Source of the DNA: Bacillota bacterium
Lineage (GTDB): Bacteria; Bacillota; Ch66; Ch109
Direction: 5' to 3'
Assembly (NCBI GenBank): GCA_050952625.1
Contig: JBMNLH010000001.1
Span: 800,001 to 864,000, forward strand
DNA length: 64,000 nt
Both the position numbers and the translations under genes were made by a program. The notes beneath the pieces are model-generated. The model had not been told where the DNA came from. It ran no database searches and saw nothing but the letters and a program-made list of their open reading frames with translations. Positions 37,657 through 48,243 of this stretch are shown here, in pieces; position 1 is the stretch's first letter; every line of letters starts with the position of its first letter.

Positions 37657-39726
37657 ATGCCGGCTAAGGGTGCGACCTTGGCTGAGACAAGGATCGGTCG
37701 TTATAGTGACTTATTATTAGCCCTAGTGATCATTGGGGCAGTAATGCTAATGGTTATTAAGTTACCCCCGGTATTTCTGGATTTTTCACTAGTTTTCAAT
37801 ATTTCGTTTTCCCTAGTAATTTTACTAGTCGCCTTATTGACTTTGCATCCCTTGGAGTTTTCTATTTTCCCGTCCCTTCTATTAATTATGACCTTGTTGC
37901 GTCTGTCGTTGAATGTGGCTTCAACACGATTGATTTTGTCCGAAGCCAATGCGGGTGAAGTGATTAAAGCTTTTGGCAGTTTTGTTATTGGCGGAAATCC
38001 AGTGGTCGGCTTTATCATGTTTTGTATTTTAGTGGTTATTCAGTTCATTGTTATTACTAAGGGTGCTGAACGGGTCTCTGAGGTAGCAGCCCGGTTTACC
38101 TTGGATGCAATGCCCGGCAAACAAATGAGTATTGATGCGGATTTAAATGCTGGTTTAATTGATGATAAACAGGCTCGGCAACGGCGAGAAAATATTCAAA
38201 AACAAGCCGACTTTTATGGGGCAATGGATGGAGCGACCAAGTTTGTTAAAGGAGACGCCATTGCTGGGATCGTAATTCTGTTAATCAATATCCTGGGCGG
38301 TTTTGTTATTGGTGTGGTGCAACGAAATATGGAAATGACGGAGGCTCTGCATACATATACCATTTTAACTGTCGGGGATGGCTTGGTTACCCAGATTCCG
38401 GCTCTCTTAATTTCAACTGCTGCCGGTATTGTCGTTACGCGGGCTACTTCGGAATCACATCTGGGACAGGAATTGCTTGGTCAGATCTTAACCCGTCCGC
38501 AGGTCTTAATTATCGCTGCTGCTGTATTGGTATTAATGGGGTTAATCGGGCTGCCGGCCTTACCGTTGTTTGTCATGGCTGGTTTCTTAACTGTCATCTC
38601 GCTAAGTTATCAGCGGGTGCTTAAGCACTCGGTAGTTCAAGAAGCAGCAAAGGAAAAAGAACAGGAGATCGAAGAGATTAAAAAACCGGAAAATGTAATT
38701 TCTTTACTTCAGGTAGATCCAATGGAGTTAGAAATGGGTTATGCTCTAATTCCTCTGGTAGATGCCAATCAAGGCGGTGACTTATTGGATAGAGTAGTTA
38801 TGATCCGGCGTCAATGTGCTCTGGAGTTAGGTTTGGTAGTCCCTCCTATTCGAATCAGGGATAATATGCAGTTGCGACCCAATAGTTATATTATTAAGAT
38901 CAAAGGCGTTCAGGTGGCTCAGGGGGAAATAATGATTGACCATTACCTGGCTATGAGTCCCGGGATTGAGGACCCAGGCATTCAAGGGATTAATACCAAA
39001 GAGCCAGCTTTTGGCTTACCAGCCAAATGGATTAACTCGGGAATGCGCGAAAAAGCAGAACTATCCGGCTATACGGTGGTAGATCCTCCGTCCGTGGTGG
39101 CGACTCATTTAACTGAAGTGATCAAGAGTCATGCTCACGAGATCCTCGGACGGCAGGATGTTCAAACTTTACTGGATAATGTGAAGCAGAATTATCCAGC
39201 AGTGGTTAACGAATTAATTCCAGATATGCTATCAGTCGGTGAGGTTCAAAAAGTATTAGCCAATTTATTACGAGAGCGGGTCCCGATTAGAGATTTGGTA
39301 ACCATCTTAGAGACTCTGGCTGACTATGCTCGAATAACTAAGGATATTGATGTTTTAACTGAGTATGTTCGTCAGGCACTGGGAAGACACATTAGTAAGC
39401 TTTTTGCGAATGAGGATAATACCTTGTCGGTGATCACCTTGGATCCGGAAATTGAACAACTGATTCGCGATTCATTGCAAACCTCTGATTATGGAACCTT
39501 TGCTGCCTTGGAACCCCAACAGGCCCAGAAGTTAATCCAGCGGATCAGTCAACAGGTTGAACAGGCTGTGCAGCACGGACATCAACCAATAGTATTATGC
39601 GCCCCGGTTATCCGTTTGTATCTTCGTCGTCTAATTGAACGAGTTATCCCAAATTTAACTGTACTTTCCTATAATGAGTTGGACGCTCAAATCGAAGTTC
39701 AATCTATTGGGATGGTGACGCTCTAA
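37657..39726 (+). CDS. flhA: Flagellar export gate protein FlhA
   Basis: KGAERVSEVAARFTLDAMPGKQMSIDADL, FYGAMDGA. Confidence 0.98.
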   Translation: MPAKGATLAETRIGRYSDLLLALVIIGAVMLMVIKLPPVFLDFSLVFNISFSLVILLVALLTLHPLEFSIFPSLLLIMTLLRLSLNVASTRLILSEANAGEVIKAFGSFVIGGNPVVGFIMFCILVVIQFIVITKGAERVSEVAARFTLDAMPGKQMSIDADLNAGLIDDKQARQRRENIQKQADFYGAMDGATKFVKGDAIAGIVILLINILGGFVIGVVQRNMEMTEALHTYTILTVGDGLVTQIPALLISTAAGIVVTRATSESHLGQELLGQILTRPQVLIIAAAVLVLMGLIGLPALPLFVMAGFLTVISLSYQRVLKHSVVQEAAKEKEQEIEEIKKPENVISLLQVDPMELEMGYALIPLVDANQGGDLLDRVVMIRRQCALELGLVVPPIRIRDNMQLRPNSYIIKIKGVQVAQGEIMIDHYLAMSPGIEDPGIQGINTKEPAFGLPAKWINSGMREKAELSGYTVVDPPSVVATHLTEVIKSHAHEILGRQDVQTLLDNVKQNYPAVVNELIPDMLSVGEVQKVLANLLRERVPIRDLVTILETLADYARITKDIDVLTEYVRQALGRHISKLFANEDNTLSVITLDPEIEQLIRDSLQTSDYGTFAALEPQQAQKLIQRISQQVEQAVQHGHQPIVLCAPVIRLYLRRLIERVIPNLTVLSYNELDAQIEVQSIGMVTL

Positions 39727-39727
39727 T

Positions 39728-40939
39728 ATGCAAGTTAAACGTTTTGTAGCCAGCACTCTTCAAGAGGCGATATTAAAAGTAAAAAAAGAAATGGGTAAAG
39801 ATGCGGTCATTTTACATACGCGTAAGTTTAAAGAGGGAGGAATTTTCGGCTTTTTTTCCAAGGAAATGGTGGAAGTGACCGCAGCCTTGGATAATTCACC
39901 ACTCACAGTTATTGAACCAAAATTACCATCCAGACCTGAAATAACCACCCCAAACCCGAGTTCACCTAGGCAACAACAGAAGGACGAGGCATCGGTGAAC
40001 GATCAAGTCGGTCACATCAATGACTATAAGGAATTATCTTTAGTTCGAGAAGAACTTCGAGATATGAAACATTTAATGAATCGGGTACTAAAGGGAGTAG
40101 AGTTCAGGCAGCGGAATGGCTTAGAGAATTACCCTCCCGGCTTTGGGCAGATCTTTGATTATCTTTGCAGTCGCGATATAGAAGAAGAATTGGCTAGACG
40201 TTTAGTAAAGGCAATGGCGAACCAATTGCTTGCCAGTGACCTTGACAATAAACCCAAAATACAGGAATGCTTGGATAAATTAGTTTGTGATCTCTTTCAA
40301 GAACCTCTCCCTATTCAACTATCTTCGCGGGAGAGACCCCAGGTCGTTTCTTTAGTTGGCCCTACCGGTGTTGGAAAGACCACGACAATTGCCAAATTGG
40401 CGGCACGTTATTCCTTAATCGAGAAAAAACGACTTGCCTTAATCACTATAGATACTTACCGCATTGCCGCGATTGAGCAATTAAAAACCTACGGTAAAAT
40501 CATGGATATTCCAGTAGAAGTTGTTTTTACCCCGGAAATCCTTCGCGAGACAATCGAGCAATTTAAAGATAAGGAATTGATTTTACTTGATACAGCCGGT
40601 CGTAGTCCGCAAAATGATACCCATATGAAAGAATTAAACATCTTTTTAAACCAAAAAAATATCTCAGAAAACTACTTGGTAATCAGTGCCGGTACGCGTT
40701 ACCGGGATATGCTCAATATCTACAAGAGTTTTAGTAATGTGGTTTCGATTGATAAACTGATATTTACTAAACTAGATGAAACAGAATATTTAGGACCTTT
40801 GTTAAGTTTGGTTACCTATACCCGAAAGAACCTCTCATATGTTACTACCGGGCAAAATGTTCCTGATGACATTGAAGTACCCAGCCCACGGAGACTAGCC
40901 AGGATGATTGTTGGGGAGATAGGAGAGAACAAAATATGA
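39728..40939 (+). CDS. flhF: SRP-family GTPase FlhF
   Basis: [45 protein letters not shown]. Confidence 0.96.
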   Translation: MQVKRFVASTLQEAILKVKKEMGKDAVILHTRKFKEGGIFGFFSKEMVEVTAALDNSPLTVIEPKLPSRPEITTPNPSSPRQQQKDEASVNDQVGHINDYKELSLVREELRDMKHLMNRVLKGVEFRQRNGLENYPPGFGQIFDYLCSRDIEEELARRLVKAMANQLLASDLDNKPKIQECLDKLVCDLFQEPLPIQLSSRERPQVVSLVGPTGVGKTTTIAKLAARYSLIEKKRLALITIDTYRIAAIEQLKTYGKIMDIPVEVVFTPEILRETIEQFKDKELILLDTAGRSPQNDTHMKELNIFLNQKNISENYLVISAGTRYRDMLNIYKSFSNVVSIDKLIFTKLDETEYLGPLLSLVTYTRKNLSYVTTGQNVPDDIEVPSPRRLARMIVGEIGENKI

Positions 40940-41820
40940 ATGATCAGGCAGAAAGGCTTCGTTGGTTAGCTAAGAGTCTGAAGGAACAAGTGAATGCTGA
41001 GATAAAAGGGAATTCTGTTTCCTCAAGGATTTTTGCCGTAACTAGCGGAAAAGGGGGGGTTGGGAAAACAAACTTATCCCTTAATCTAGCCTTGGCTATG
41101 ATTGAATATGGCAAGAAAGTCGTTCTAATGGATGCAGATATGGGCACGGCGAACATAGACGTAATTCTCGGCGTTTTTCCCCAATACAACTTATTTCATG
41201 TGGCTGAAGGGAGCAGAAAACTGAACGAAATAATTCTGGAAGGGCCCAGAGGGCTCCGCATCATACCCGGCGTCTCGGGCATAAGGAACCTGGCCAATTT
41301 ATCAACTCAGCGATTTGAGCAACTGATGGCAGAACTGCGGGAATTCGAGCAAAACACGGAATTAATGATTATTGATACCGGCGCAGGGATTTCTGATAAT
41401 GTCATCAAATTCCTCCTGGCAGCAGATGAGGTTGTTGTCGTCACCACTCCTGAGCCGACCTCTTTAACTGATGCCTATGCGCTCATTAAAATTGTCGCTC
41501 AAGAAAACAATAATCCGACAATCAGTTTGATTATCAACCGGGTCAACAATGAAAAGGAAGGTTTATTTGTCGCTAATAAACTAAAACAGGCTACCCAGAG
41601 ATTTTTAAATCTCGATATAAATACTTTAGGTTATGTAGTTAATGATTCCGCAGTTGTTGAATCGGTTAAGAAGCAACAACCATTTTTACTAACCTACCCA
41701 AAAGCGCCTGCTACTACCTGCGTCTATCATATAGCTGCTCAGCTTTGTCAACAAAATTGCTTTAAGCCTAAGGCATCGGGCGGTTTCTTTAATAGGGTAA
41801 TGAGATTACTAAGACGATAG
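40936..41820 (+). CDS. flhG: MinD-like ATPase FlhG (YlxH)
   Basis: DQAERLR N-terminus, SGKGGVGKT, TTPEPTSLTDAYALIK. Confidence 0.94.
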   Translation: MNDQAERLRWLAKSLKEQVNAEIKGNSVSSRIFAVTSGKGGVGKTNLSLNLALAMIEYGKKVVLMDADMGTANIDVILGVFPQYNLFHVAEGSRKLNEIILEGPRGLRIIPGVSGIRNLANLSTQRFEQLMAELREFEQNTELMIIDTGAGISDNVIKFLLAADEVVVVTTPEPTSLTDAYALIKIVAQENNNPTISLIINRVNNEKEGLFVANKLKQATQRFLNLDINTLGYVVNDSAVVESVKKQQPFLLTYPKAPATTCVYHIAAQLCQQNCFKPKASGGFFNRVMRLLRR

Positions 41821-41852
41821 AAATATATCCTTTGGGAGGATTGTTATATAGA

Positions 41853-42551
41853 ATGGTGGGTAAGAAATTTATTCCTTTAACACCCGATGATTTCAAGTTA
41901 AATCAATTAGCAGAAATCATTGTTAATGAGGATGGGTATAAAGGAGTTTATGCTAGTCGAATTGAAGAAGTAAACGATACCACGCTTACTCTTGCCATGC
42001 CTTTTTATCGAGGACAAATAGTACCTTTACGACCGGGCCTTAATATCAAGGTGAGTTTTTCCAAAGAGAGAATCGTGTATTCATTTGAAACTACAATTCT
42101 TAAACGAGTGCGGACCCCTCTTCCCCTACTAATTGTGAAAAAGCCAGTCGAGGCAGAACGCCGGCAGCGCCGGGCGTGGGTGCGGATTGAGCTTAGCATT
42201 CCAGTCAAGTATCGACGCTGGAAACTGGGAGACAGCCTGCAATCGAATAGCGATAGTACCGCCGATTTTACAGAAACCAGTTCCATTGATATAAGCGGGG
42301 GCGGAATGATGTTTACAACCAATGAGAAACTGCAACAAGGGGATTTATTGTTCGTATCCTTGGAAATTCCCGATTTTGGGCCTCTAAATGTAAAGTCTCG
42401 AATTACTCGCATTAGCCGGACTCCCCCGGCAGCTAAAGCAAAATACTTTGTGGGAGTAGAATTTTTGGATTTACGGGAAAATGACCAGGACCGGATAGTT
42501 AAAATTGTTTTTGATCGCCAGCGTGAGTTAATTAAGAAGGGGCTTTTATAA
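41853..42551 (+). CDS. YcgR/PilZ-domain c-di-GMP-binding flagellar brake
   Basis: YcgR-N domain followed by QRRAWVR (RxxxR) and DISGGG (DxSxxG) PilZ motifs. Confidence 0.92.
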   Translation: MVGKKFIPLTPDDFKLNQLAEIIVNEDGYKGVYASRIEEVNDTTLTLAMPFYRGQIVPLRPGLNIKVSFSKERIVYSFETTILKRVRTPLPLLIVKKPVEAERRQRRAWVRIELSIPVKYRRWKLGDSLQSNSDSTADFTETSSIDISGGGMMFTTNEKLQQGDLLFVSLEIPDFGPLNVKSRITRISRTPPAAKAKYFVGVEFLDLRENDQDRIVKIVFDRQRELIKKGLL

Positions 42552-42605
42552 AGTTGGGTTATGCTGGCTATGGGGGTTATTCAGTATTACTAGGGAGGCA
42601 AAAGG

Positions 42606-43811
42606 GTGACAAAAGTTCGGGTTTTAGTTGTAGATGATTCGGCATTTATGCGCAAGGTTATATCCGATATTATTACGTCCGACTCCCAAATGAAAGTCGT
42701 CGGGTTGGCCCGTAATGGTCAAGAAGCAATTCAAAAGGTTCAGGAATTAAGGCCAGATGTGATAACGCTGGACATTGAAATGCCGATAATGGATGGACTT
42801 ACTGCTTTGGAACAAATAATGAAAGTAAGGCCGACCCCAGTCGTGATGTTATCCAGTTTAACTCAAGCCGGGGCGGAGGCTACATTGGGGGCTTTGCAAC
42901 GAGGGGCTGTCGATTTTATTGCTAAACCGTCTGGATCTATTTCTTTGGATCTTGCCAAATTACAGGACGAGATAAGGCTGAAGATCAAAATAGCCGCTAT
43001 TGCCCGGATTTCCCGAATTCCCTTGCCGACCTCTAACACCAAAAACTCTCTGCCGATAAGAGATGCCGAGAGGTCAAGAACTGTTGGGACCAAGGCGAAT
43101 TTAATGCTTTCCCAATCAATGCCCAACTTCGATGAAGCAAAAGTTGAAGCACGAATTCAGGCAGATGTAGGAACGAAAAGTAATTCTGCTGGAATACCCT
43201 TTGAAGCTAATTCAGACTCAAAAGGCTCTCTAAATCGTTTAGTGTTAATCGGTACCTCAACTGGAGGCCCTAAAGCACTTAATGAAATAGTGCCGGCTTT
43301 ACCGCTAAATCGGGGGATGGCAGTCTTAATTGTCCAACATATGCCACCCGGCTTTACTAAATCTCTTGCCGAACGGTTAGACAGCGTTTCTGCTTTGCAC
43401 GTTAAAGAGGCAGTCGATGGAGAAGAAATCGTAGGAGGAACTGCTTACATTGCCCCAGGTGATTACCACTTGATGGTAAGGGTTGGTCGGGCTGGCTCAT
43501 CGCCCCGACTTTATGTAAGGTTAACCCGTGAGCCTCAGGTCTCAGGGCATCGACCTTCGGTGGATGTCATGCTGACCTCGGTTGCCGAAAATTTTTGGGG
43601 ACATATGGTGGCAGTGATTCTAACCGGGATGGGACAGGATGGGACCAAGGGGATGAAAGCGTTGAAATTAAAACAGTGTCGAACTATCGCTGAAGATGAG
43701 TCTACTTGCGTGGTGTTTGGTATGCCTAAATCGGCAATTGAGGCGGGAGTAGTGGACCGGGTTGTCCCATTACATCGGGTGGCTGCTGAAATAAAGAAGA
43801 TGTTATATTAA
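42606..43811 (+). CDS. cheB: Chemotaxis methylesterase CheB
   Basis: REC domain, IGTSTGGP, QHMP, HRPSVD, LTGMGQDG. Confidence 0.97.
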   Translation: MTKVRVLVVDDSAFMRKVISDIITSDSQMKVVGLARNGQEAIQKVQELRPDVITLDIEMPIMDGLTALEQIMKVRPTPVVMLSSLTQAGAEATLGALQRGAVDFIAKPSGSISLDLAKLQDEIRLKIKIAAIARISRIPLPTSNTKNSLPIRDAERSRTVGTKANLMLSQSMPNFDEAKVEARIQADVGTKSNSAGIPFEANSDSKGSLNRLVLIGTSTGGPKALNEIVPALPLNRGMAVLIVQHMPPGFTKSLAERLDSVSALHVKEAVDGEEIVGGTAYIAPGDYHLMVRVGRAGSSPRLYVRLTREPQVSGHRPSVDVMLTSVAENFWGHMVAVILTGMGQDGTKGMKALKLKQCRTIAEDESTCVVFGMPKSAIEAGVVDRVVPLHRVAAEIKKMLY

Positions 43812-43851
43812 GTTGATCGCTATACGGACGTGGTAAGGGAGGTAGGAAAAG

Positions 43852-45852
43852 ATGGATTTATCTCAGTATATGGATATTTTCTTGATCGAGTCTAAAGAAC
43901 ACTTATTGAACCTTAATCAATCTTTGCTAGAATTGGAATCAAACCCACAGAATAAAGTAATCTTGGATGAAATTTTTCGAGCAGCCCATACCCTGAAAGG
44001 GATGGCGTCCACTATGGGATTTGAGAATGTGGCAGACCTTACGCATGTGATGGAAAACGTTCTCTCTGGTTTGCGCAATCAAGAAGTCACTATAAGCAAT
44101 CAACTCATTGACCTATTGTTTCAATGCCTGGATTCCTTACAAAATATGATTGAGTCTATCGAGGCTGGAAAGAATGACAACCTTCCGGTAAATCAACTGA
44201 TTCAGCTATTACAAGATGCAGCTAATGGTCTGAATATAAATGAGCAACCAGAGACAGAAGCTAATCCCATTAAACTGGTGGCTCATGAGTTGGAGCTCAA
44301 TGATTATGATGTTAATATGATTGTCGAGGCCTATCAAAAAGGGTTCAGGGCTTATCATATTGGAATTGAGGTCGCTTCTGATTCACTGATGAAATCAGTC
44401 CGGGCTTTTATGGTGTTCAGGAACCTGGAAGAAGTGGGGGAAATCATAAAATGCAACCCTCCAGCGCAAGTGCTTGAAGAGGGTAATTTTGAAAATGGGT
44501 TTGATCTTATTCTGATAACTAAAGAAGGAGCCGCATCAATTACCGAACGGGTACACACGATTTCTGAGATTAAACTGGCGAAGTGTGCTTTACTTGAATT
44601 GCCGCCTGAAGAGCTAGGACAGGAAAATAATGACGTCCAGTCCGACCAGGCTAGACAAAATATGGATTTGACCGAAGACCAGCCTAATTCGTTACGACAG
44701 CCGGCCAAAGTCCGTCAGACAGTTAGAGTAGATATTGAGCGACTGGATAAATTAATGAATCTAGTTGGGGAATTAGTAATCAACAAAACCCGCCTGCAAC
44801 AGATTGGGCAAGCCAATAATTTGATCGAGCTTAATGAAACTGTGGAACAGTTTGATCGAATATCTACTGATTTACAGAGTCTAGTGATGAAGGTTCGCAT
44901 GGTTCCGGTAGAGCAGGTATTTAATCGATTTCCGCGGATGGTTAGAGACTTGGCTAAAGATCTGGGCAAAGAAATTAGATTTGTTATTGAAGGAAAAGAA
45001 ACTGAACTTGATCGGACCGTTATCGACGAAATTGGCGATCCGCTGGTCCATTTATTAAGAAATTCAATCGACCATGGAATAGAAGGTTCCGATGCCCGGA
45101 AAGCAGCTGGTAAAAGTAGTGAGGGATTTGTTCGCTTGGTGGCCCGGCATGAGGGTAATAATGTAATCATTGAGGTAGAAGATGATGGTCGAGGGATTGA
45201 CCCTGAACGGGTTCGGGCCCGCGCAGTCTCTTTAGGACTACTTAATAAAGATTCCGATCTAGCGGATGACAGTTCCATTCTTAATTTTATTTTTCAGCCG
45301 GGGTTTAGTACCGCTGAGCAAATAACTGAATTATCAGGCCGAGGTGTCGGGTTGGATGTGGTCCGCTCCAAAATTGAAGCCCTCAGTGGAACAGTTACCG
45401 TAGAAAGCAAACTTGGAGCCGGGGCTAAGTTTAAGGTGCGCTTACCATTAACCTTGGCGATTATTCAGGCATTATTAATTAATGTTGCGCAAGAAACCTA
45501 TGCGATTCCTTTAAGCGCGGTTGATGAGACAGTGGCTATTACCCTAGAGAATATCAAACAAGTCCAAAATCAGGAAGTAGTCGTGCTGCGAGGGAAAGTC
45601 CTGCCAGTTATTCGCCTGCACAATCTACTAAATATAGCAGATCGTATTAATGGAGAGCGAGTCTTTCATGTTGTTATTGTACGAAAAGGTGATAAACAAG
45701 CCGGCTTAATTGTTGACTCGCTGATCGGCCAACAGGAGATTGTCATAAAATCTCTGGGCAAATTATTAACCGGTATACCTGGACTAGCTGGAGCAACTAT
45801 TCTAGGCAACGGAGAGGTTTCTTTAATACTCGACGTGGGAACCTTGTTTTAG
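43852..45852 (+). CDS. cheA: Chemotaxis histidine kinase CheA
   Basis: FRAAHTLKG, HLLRNSIDHG, DDGRG, SGRGVGLDVV, CheW-like C-terminus. Confidence 0.98.
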   Translation: MDLSQYMDIFLIESKEHLLNLNQSLLELESNPQNKVILDEIFRAAHTLKGMASTMGFENVADLTHVMENVLSGLRNQEVTISNQLIDLLFQCLDSLQNMIESIEAGKNDNLPVNQLIQLLQDAANGLNINEQPETEANPIKLVAHELELNDYDVNMIVEAYQKGFRAYHIGIEVASDSLMKSVRAFMVFRNLEEVGEIIKCNPPAQVLEEGNFENGFDLILITKEGAASITERVHTISEIKLAKCALLELPPEELGQENNDVQSDQARQNMDLTEDQPNSLRQPAKVRQTVRVDIERLDKLMNLVGELVINKTRLQQIGQANNLIELNETVEQFDRISTDLQSLVMKVRMVPVEQVFNRFPRMVRDLAKDLGKEIRFVIEGKETELDRTVIDEIGDPLVHLLRNSIDHGIEGSDARKAAGKSSEGFVRLVARHEGNNVIIEVEDDGRGIDPERVRARAVSLGLLNKDSDLADDSSILNFIFQPGFSTAEQITELSGRGVGLDVVRSKIEALSGTVTVESKLGAGAKFKVRLPLTLAIIQALLINVAQETYAIPLSAVDETVAITLENIKQVQNQEVVVLRGKVLPVIRLHNLLNIADRINGERVFHVVIVRKGDKQAGLIVDSLIGQQEIVIKSLGKLLTGIPGLAGATILGNGEVSLILDVGTLF

Positions 45853-45864
45853 GAGGGATTTAGG

Positions 45865-46326
45865 GTGAGTAATGATCAAGCCGGATTCAGTAATGAACTA
45901 CAACTGGTATCCTTTATCTTAGGCCAGGAAGAGTATGCTCTCGATATTTTGTTGGTTCAAGAAATTATCCGCATGTTGCGAATTACCCGGGTACCCAGGG
46001 CACCGCATTATATTGAGGGTGTGGTTAATCTGCGCGGAAATGTGATCCCGGTTTTTGATTTGCACCGGCGTTTTGGCCTGTCAGAACGAGTAAATAGTGA
46101 GCGGACCCGGATCATCGTGGTTAAAGTGCAGGAAATTACTGCTGGTTTAGTTGTCGACGGAGTATCCGAGGTACTCCGTTTACCCCAGGCCGCGGTTGAG
46201 CCCGTTTCTTCGCTGGTAACTGCTGTAGACACAGATTATATCCAGGGAATCGGCAAAAAAGATAATCGGCTTTTAATCATGTTAAACATTAACCGTGTAT
46301 TAGGGATTGAGGGCTTAGATTATTAA
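45865..46326 (+). CDS. cheW: Chemotaxis adaptor CheW
   Basis: GVVNLRGNVIPVFDL, GLVVDGVSEV. Confidence 0.96.
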   Translation: MSNDQAGFSNELQLVSFILGQEEYALDILLVQEIIRMLRITRVPRAPHYIEGVVNLRGNVIPVFDLHRRFGLSERVNSERTRIIVVKVQEITAGLVVDGVSEVLRLPQAAVEPVSSLVTAVDTDYIQGIGKKDNRLLIMLNINRVLGIEGLDY

Positions 46327-46358
46327 TTATCTTAGCGGGCGAATGAGGTGCTTAATCA

Positions 46359-46979
46359 ATGATTGATGAGTTTACTCAATTATCCGATTTTCAACTGGAT
46401 GCTCTAAGGGAGATTGGCAATATAGGTGCCGGTAATGCCGCTACATCTTTATCCATGATGATTAATCGTCGGATTGAAATGAGCGTACCTCAATTGACCG
46501 TACTGCCTTTTTCTGAACTGTCTTACGCAATCGGAGGACCTGAAACGCTGGTAGTCGGAGTGTATTTACAGGTACAGGGAATGTCTCCTTGCGGTATTTT
46601 GTTTCTACTTCCTCATGATAGTTCCCTAAAATTAGCGGAAATGTTATTGGATAAACCATCTGGTTCTATTAAAGTAATGGGAGAGATGGAACATTCTGCT
46701 TTAATGGAATTGGGGAATATTTTAGCTGGAGCCTATCTGAATGCGCTGGCCATGTTTACTGACTTGGAACTTTTTCCTTCGGTCCCTTCATTAGCTACTG
46801 ATATGTCTGGGGCGATTTTAAGTGCGGTTGTCTTTTCTCTGGGGGAGGTTGCTGATCATGCTCTACTAATCGAAACTAAGTTTACAGAGGATAACCAACA
46901 AGTTGTGGGGCATTTTCTTTTATTACCCGAACCAGGGTCACTTGATATAATCCTGGAACGGCTTGGAGTGAATATTTAA
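46359..46979 (+). CDS. cheC: Chemotaxis phosphatase CheC
   Basis: DALREIGNIGAGNAATSLS, SALMELGNIL. Confidence 0.95.
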   Translation: MIDEFTQLSDFQLDALREIGNIGAGNAATSLSMMINRRIEMSVPQLTVLPFSELSYAIGGPETLVVGVYLQVQGMSPCGILFLLPHDSSLKLAEMLLDKPSGSIKVMGEMEHSALMELGNILAGAYLNALAMFTDLELFPSVPSLATDMSGAILSAVVFSLGEVADHALLIETKFTEDNQQVVGHFLLLPEPGSLDIILERLGVNI

Positions 46980-47464
46980 TGGCTAGAGTAGTTCAGGTAG
47001 GTATGGCAGATTATAAGGTAACGGTTAGTCCGAATACCTTAATGACTGCCGGGCTAGGTTCTTGCGTTGGGGTATGTTTATGGGATCCGGTAACGAGAAT
47101 TGGTGGATTAGCCCACATAATGCTGCCCTCAAGCGTTCAGGCGCGAAGAACTGATAGTAAAGGCAAATTTGCTGATACAGCCATTCTGGCGGTAATCCAG
47201 GAGATGAGTCGTTTGGGAGCTAACCCAACTCGTTTGGTAGCTAAAATCGCTGGCGGAGCCCAGATGTTTAATTTCGGTGGTACTACGGATATTATGCGAA
47301 TCGGCGATCGTAATGCACAGGCTGTTCAACAGGTATTGAAAAATGAAAAAATAAAGATCCTGTTTTCCGATACCGGCGGCAGTCATGGACGAACCATTTA
47401 TTTTATGACGGAAAATGGTAAACTCACTATTCGAACAATAGAGCATGGTGAGAGGGTTGTGTAA
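46979..47464 (+). CDS. cheD: Chemoreceptor glutamine deamidase CheD
   Basis: GLGSCVGVCL, HIMLP, KIAGGAQMF, DTGGSHGRTI. Confidence 0.96.
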   Translation: MARVVQVGMADYKVTVSPNTLMTAGLGSCVGVCLWDPVTRIGGLAHIMLPSSVQARRTDSKGKFADTAILAVIQEMSRLGANPTRLVAKIAGGAQMFNFGGTTDIMRIGDRNAQAVQQVLKNEKIKILFSDTGGSHGRTIYFMTENGKLTIRTIEHGERVV

Positions 47465-47466
47465 TT

Positions 47467-48243
47467 ATGGCTGAACCTAAAATAAAACAACCCTGGCTTC
47501 GGTATAAACAGCAGGGGGATATTTCGGCAAGAGATAACCTGATTACCCAATATGTTTATTTGGTCAGGCAGGTAGCTGGTCGGTTAAGCATGGGACTTTC
47601 ATCCCAGGTTGAGCTGGATGATCTAATCGGGAACGGAGTTTTTGGATTATTGGATGCGATCGAAAAGTTCGATCCAACTAGAGGAGTAAAATTCGAAACT
47701 TACGCCGTTACCCGGATTAGGGGAGCAATATTAGACGGTCTGCGTGCTATGGATTGGGTCCCTCAATCAGTGCGCCAGAAAAGCAGAATGTTAGAGAAAA
47801 CATATCAAAAGCTGGAACAAGAATTAGCCAGGCCAGCGAGTGACCAGGAAGTTGCGCAAGCTTTAGGTCTAAACGATTTAGAATTTGATCGATTATTAGT
47901 GGAAGTGAGTCATACATCCTTATTCTACCTTGAGGATATGTGGCTCGGGGAGTCGAGCGACGATGATTCCCTCCGTATTATCGATACCCTGGAGGATCCA
48001 ACTATTGAAGAACCTACGGCCCGTTTAGAACATGAGGAGCTAAAAAATCTCCTGGCAGAAGCAATAGATAAACTGCCAGACCGAGAGAGACTAGTCATCT
48101 CACTATACTACTACGAAGCCCTAACCCTCAAAGAAATCGGAGCAGTCCTCGGATTATCCGAATCCCGCATATCTCAACTACATACCAAAGCCATCCTAAG
48201 ACTACGCGGCCGCCTAAGCCGACAAAAAAAACGGATATTCTAG
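47467..48243 (+). CDS. sigD: Flagellar sigma factor SigD/FliA
   Basis: KFETYAVTRIRGAILDGLRAMDWVP, LYYYEALTLKEIGAVLGLSESRISQLH. Confidence 0.96.
   Translation: MAEPKIKQPWLRYKQQGDISARDNLITQYVYLVRQVAGRLSMGLSSQVELDDLIGNGVFGLLDAIEKFDPTRGVKFETYAVTRIRGAILDGLRAMDWVPQSVRQKSRMLEKTYQKLEQELARPASDQEVAQALGLNDLEFDRLLVEVSHTSLFYLEDMWLGESSDDDSLRIIDTLEDPTIEEPTARLEHEELKNLLAEAIDKLPDRERLVISLYYYEALTLKEIGAVLGLSESRISQLHTKAILRLRGRLSRQKKRIF

Noticed and set aside
41200-41460. Mild C/A-ending codon enrichment inside flhG
   Set aside because: Much weaker than the sigD tract, with no adjacent repeat; compatible with chance
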